Shown piece after piece: positions 59,961 to 64,000 of a stretch of 64,000 nt of DNA. The number at the start of each line of letters is the position of its first letter. Within the stretch, counting starts at the first letter, position 1. This DNA comes from Eledone cirrhosa. Taxonomy: Eukaryota. Under the pieces are notes generated by a model that was given only the letters and a program-made list of their open reading frames with translations, was not told the DNA's origin and ran no database searches. Location: contig OZ024741.1 in NCBI GenBank assembly GCA_964016885.1, positions 189,906,001 through 189,970,000 of the forward strand, in the 5' to 3' direction. A program made the translations under genes and the position numbers.

Positions 59961-60289
59961 TAATAATAATAAAGCAGAAAAGTGTTATGACCACAAAGCT
60001 GAACATGTCCTTCAGTATAAAAGTACTAAAGCATGTGAATTTTCTAACAGATAAGCAAATGGAACATTCGCATACAGATACTGTTATAATCAAGAAAAAG
60101 GAGTGTGTTGTTTAATCAACAGACAAAAAAAAAACACAAGAAAATAGAAAAATATCCCGAACTAAAAAATGAAATTCAGAGAATTTGTAATTGCCATAAA
60201 GTTGTTATTATACCAATTGAAATAGGATCTGTAAAGACAAGGGAGAAAGATCCATTAAAACAGAAAGACAAGCCTGAAGAAAATAGAGG

Positions 60290-62200
60290 TCTGGAGGAGA
60301 CAGAAAACAATACCAGATAGCTAAAAGGGAGGCCAGATGCCAAGTATATCTAGTGAGGGGAGAGGCAGAAAGGAAGAAGTTTGCACATGTTCTGCATTGT
60401 GAAGATGAGAGGTGTGATGTGTTCAGGACTGCTAGACAATATGCTAGTTAAAATTGTGATGTAGTTGGAGAGAAGTGTGTCCAATAATGGAGCACTTGCC
60501 CCCCTGTCTGACACCAAAAAGAAGGAGGCATACTATGAGAGGCTGCTGAATGAGGAAAATAAATGGGACAGTGAGGGCCTATTCCATGCAGACCCTACTG
60601 AGAGACCAGCCATAAGAGTTGACAGCAGTATGATGGATAAAACAATTAAGAATATGAAGGTAGGGAAAGCAACTGGACCTTCTGGAATTGTCATTGAGAT
60701 GCAAAAAGCATCAAGCATGGTAGGATATGAGCTAGTCATACACATAGTTAATCAAGTAGTACAGGATGGTGTCATACCCAATGAATGATGCAGCAGTATC
60801 ATTGTAAATTGCCACAAGGGCAAAAGAGATGCACTAGAGAGGAGTAAGTACAGAGGCATCAAGCTGATGGACGAGGTCATGAAAGTTGCTGAAAGGGTTA
60901 TAGCACAACTAATTAGGGACAGATGAGATGCAGTTTGGATTTATGTCAGGTAGGGTTCTACTGATGCTCTCTTTTTGGTGAGACAGGAGAAGCACTTAGC
61001 TAAGAGTAAGCCACTGTATCTAGCATTTGTAGATCTGGAGAAGGCCTTTGACAGGATCCCACACTCTATAATCTGGTAGGCACTTAGGAAGTTAGGTGTA
61101 GATGAATGGCTTGAGAGGGTCATGCAGGCCATGTATAGAGGAGCAGCCAGCAGTGAGAGTTGGCAATGAGTATAATGATGAATTTGAAGTGAAGGTGGGG
61201 TTCCACTAAGGATCGGTTCTCAGTCCAAGTAGGCCATCACTGAGGAGTTTAAAACCGGCACTCCATGAAAGTTCCTATATGCTGATGACATAGTCCTCAT
61301 AGCTGAATCCATAGGAGAGTTATAGGCAGATTTCAAGCTCGGAAGAAGAACCTGGAGTTGAATGGCCTAAATGTAAATTTAGCAAAGACAAAAGTCTTAA
61401 TAAGTATAAAAGAAGACAGGGAGGTAATACCATCAGGAAAATGGCCTTGTTCAATATGTCAGAAAGGTGTGGGCAGAAATTCCATAAGGTGCACACAATA
61501 TAAATTATGAACATACAAAAGATGTAGTGTGATTGCAGGTAGGCTAATGGAAAAGATAGACTTTATATGCAGCAGATGCACAGAAGTGAGCACAAAGAAC
61601 ACACATGAAATAGATGTCCTCAGATGCCATGGGGGCTCCCTAGAAGTTGTTGACAGCTTTTACTAAATGGGAATGGATGCACCAAAAATATGATAGCTAG
61701 GATAAGAACAGGCTAGAAGAAGTTTAGAGATCTATTACCACTGCTAACAACAAAATGCTTTTCTCTCAGTGAAGGGTAGACTGTATGATGCCTGTATGTG
61801 AACTGCAATGCTATGAAACATGGGCCTTAACTGCAGAAGACCTGTGGAGGTGAGAAAGAAATAAGTTGAGTATGCTCAAATGAATGTGCAATGTTAGTGG
61901 GCATGAGTGACATGATGTAAGCAAACTGGGGGAGGGGGGGACTTGCCATAAGAGGAATTGGATATAGTATGCAAGAGAGAAAACTGTTGGTATGGACACG
62001 TGATGTGCATGAAAGATAAAAGCTGCTTAAAGAAATGCAGAGAAACCCCAGTGGCTGGGTTTAATGGAAGAGGCAGACCCAAGAAGACACAGGATATGGT
62101 TGTGAAAACTGACCTTAAAAAACTAAACCTCACAGCAGAAATGACTAAAGGCTGTAAGGGCTGGTGCTATGTGCTGCTGAAGAAGACCCAACCTGCAGCA
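60290..62200 (+). mobile_element. Decayed RTE-clade LINE
   Basis: KMKVGKATGPSGI, FVDLEKAFDRIP, LYADD, WYGHVM and GRGRPKKT motifs, with stops and frameshifts. Confidence 0.85.
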
Positions 62201-63844
62201 TACAATGTGGCTGGGCCTATCCCGCTGTCCCCACTTGCACTAGCATTCACTAACAGCTATTCTAAACATCACTACATCACTCTCACCACCCATACCTGCC
62301 ATGCCCCCCACACATACACTCACCCCTAGCTGCTGCCCACTTAAAAGTCTTTAGTCTCTAGATTTCCTCACTATCATACTCTAGAAGCCACTCTCCTCAT
62401 TCTTATAGACCCCTAACATTCCCTCGCAGCTACCCTCCTGTATTCATCTAAGCTGCTGTCCTCTTTTGCCCCTAAAGCCATTAGATACCCTCACTATCAG
62501 ACCCTAGTAGCTTTTCAATGCACCCCACCCATGCCCCTTCCACTACCACTCCTTAGCTATTCTCTCCCTCACTACACCTCCTGTTTCTAGCACTGATTAT
62601 TCTCATCTCCATGGGAGAGAGAAATAAAAAACAGGAGTGGGTTGAGAGGTCCCTTCAGTCATGCCACAGTATGGCAACCACTCTAGTGCTAATGATCTAC
62701 ACGATAAATGCACTCAGAACATGCTGTGGAGTTGTTGGTGACGGGAAGGGCATCTAGCCATGGAGGGCTTACTAAATAAAGGATTGGGAGGACCCTTCAA
62801 TCGTGTCAAGGACATGGCAAACTTCCTAGTGTTTGGTGATCTACGTGAAAAATGCATTCAGTACACACTCTAAAGTAGTTGATGATGGGATAAGCATTCA
62901 GGAGTAGAATACTTGCCAAACAAAAAGGCTGGGAGGATCCTCAGTTGTGTCAAAGACATGACAATCTCTCCTGTGCACTTGGTAGAATGTGAGACCATAT
63001 ATAAGTGAGAAGCAGATCCCTGGCCTATCTGGGAGATCAATAGCCTGGCTTCAATACTGACTTGGTCTATGTAGACCCATCCAACCGTTGCTAACAAGGA
63101 GAGCAGACATTAAAACAATGATGAAAGGCAGTGGCATGAAGCTGGTTGGTTGAAGATGTTGGAGATTGATGGGAATTTTTTAACTCCACCAAAAACTTTT
63201 TTTGCTTTGCACAGCAAAAAAAAAACCAACAAAAGACAAGATCTAAAGTGGAAACTAAAAAGGCTGCACGTATGCAGAGAAATACAAGTAAACTTATAAT
63301 ATACAGAAGGATGCCTAGAACTGACACTGATGATCCCTACCTACATGCTATTGCTAGCCACCACTAACTCTCTCTTGCCACAACTTATCTTTATTGCTAT
63401 CTCATCAAGCTCATGCTATTTTTTTTTCAATCTCCTTACCACTAGCAACCAGCATGTAGCTATTACTGTCTCTCTTTCATTACTGTTTCTCCTATCACAC
63501 ATACCCCCTCATATTCACGTCCATGGTCATTACTGCCAGCCATGTTTACTTTGAAGAATGGTTGGTATTTGGAAGTGCATCTAGCTATGGAAAACATACC
63601 AAAAATGAAACATGCAAGCAATCTAGGAGGGCAGTATCTCTTAATAATAATAATAATAATAATGAAATTATTGTGTACAGTGGTGCTCAGATGCACTACA
63701 ACTCATCAAAGGTGCATGTATAGTACATAGAATAATGTTCAAATGTCAAGAAAATGAACAGTGTATGAGTCATGAAATACATGTGTGCATGTGTATGGAG
63801 GGGGGGGGGGTCAGGTGTAGTGTTGGCATGGAGGTTTTAGGGAG

Positions 63845-64000
63845 CATGGAGGTTTTAAAGGGTGCAGTGTCTCGACAGCTAACAACCGATGCAGGTAGTT
63901 TGTTCCATGCTTCAGCAACTCTGAGCATGAAAAAATGTTTCCAAAAGTCATTGGAACTGTACTGATTTCTGACTTTGTAGGCATGCCCACGTGTGTTAGA
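63845..64000 (-). mobile_element. CR1/L2-type LINE 3' end
   Basis: Minus-strand FFMLRVAEAWNKLPASVVSC....FK motif. Confidence 0.7.

Overview
AT-rich, repeat-dense animal genomic DNA. The repeat content suggests a coleoid cephalopod such as Octopus; this is an inference. The only intact host gene is the 3' part of a CaMKI (Ca2+/calmodulin-dependent kinase I) gene on the + strand. It has 7 coding exons between 16613 and 34128 with GT-AG introns and continuous phase; I could not find the upstream exons in the window. The rest is microsatellites, minisatellites, tRNA-head SINEs, MITEs, decayed LINEs (RTE, Tx1/L1, R4/Dong, CR1), mariner and Penelope fragments, and three Gypsy-type LTR elements, one nested in another. 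The most notable observation is a very young non-coding insertion at 46901-48435. It is built from a highly structured 466-bp unit carrying an intact type I hammerhead ribozyme. About 2.0 and about 1.3 units lie head-to-head between 12-bp direct repeats, as expected for a retrozyme-like circular RNA copied by rolling-circle, twin-primed reverse transcription. Several other hammerhead-like motifs are present, as is a 4-copy TA-targeted fold-back element. All coordinates and pairings were read by eye; no folding or database search was run.
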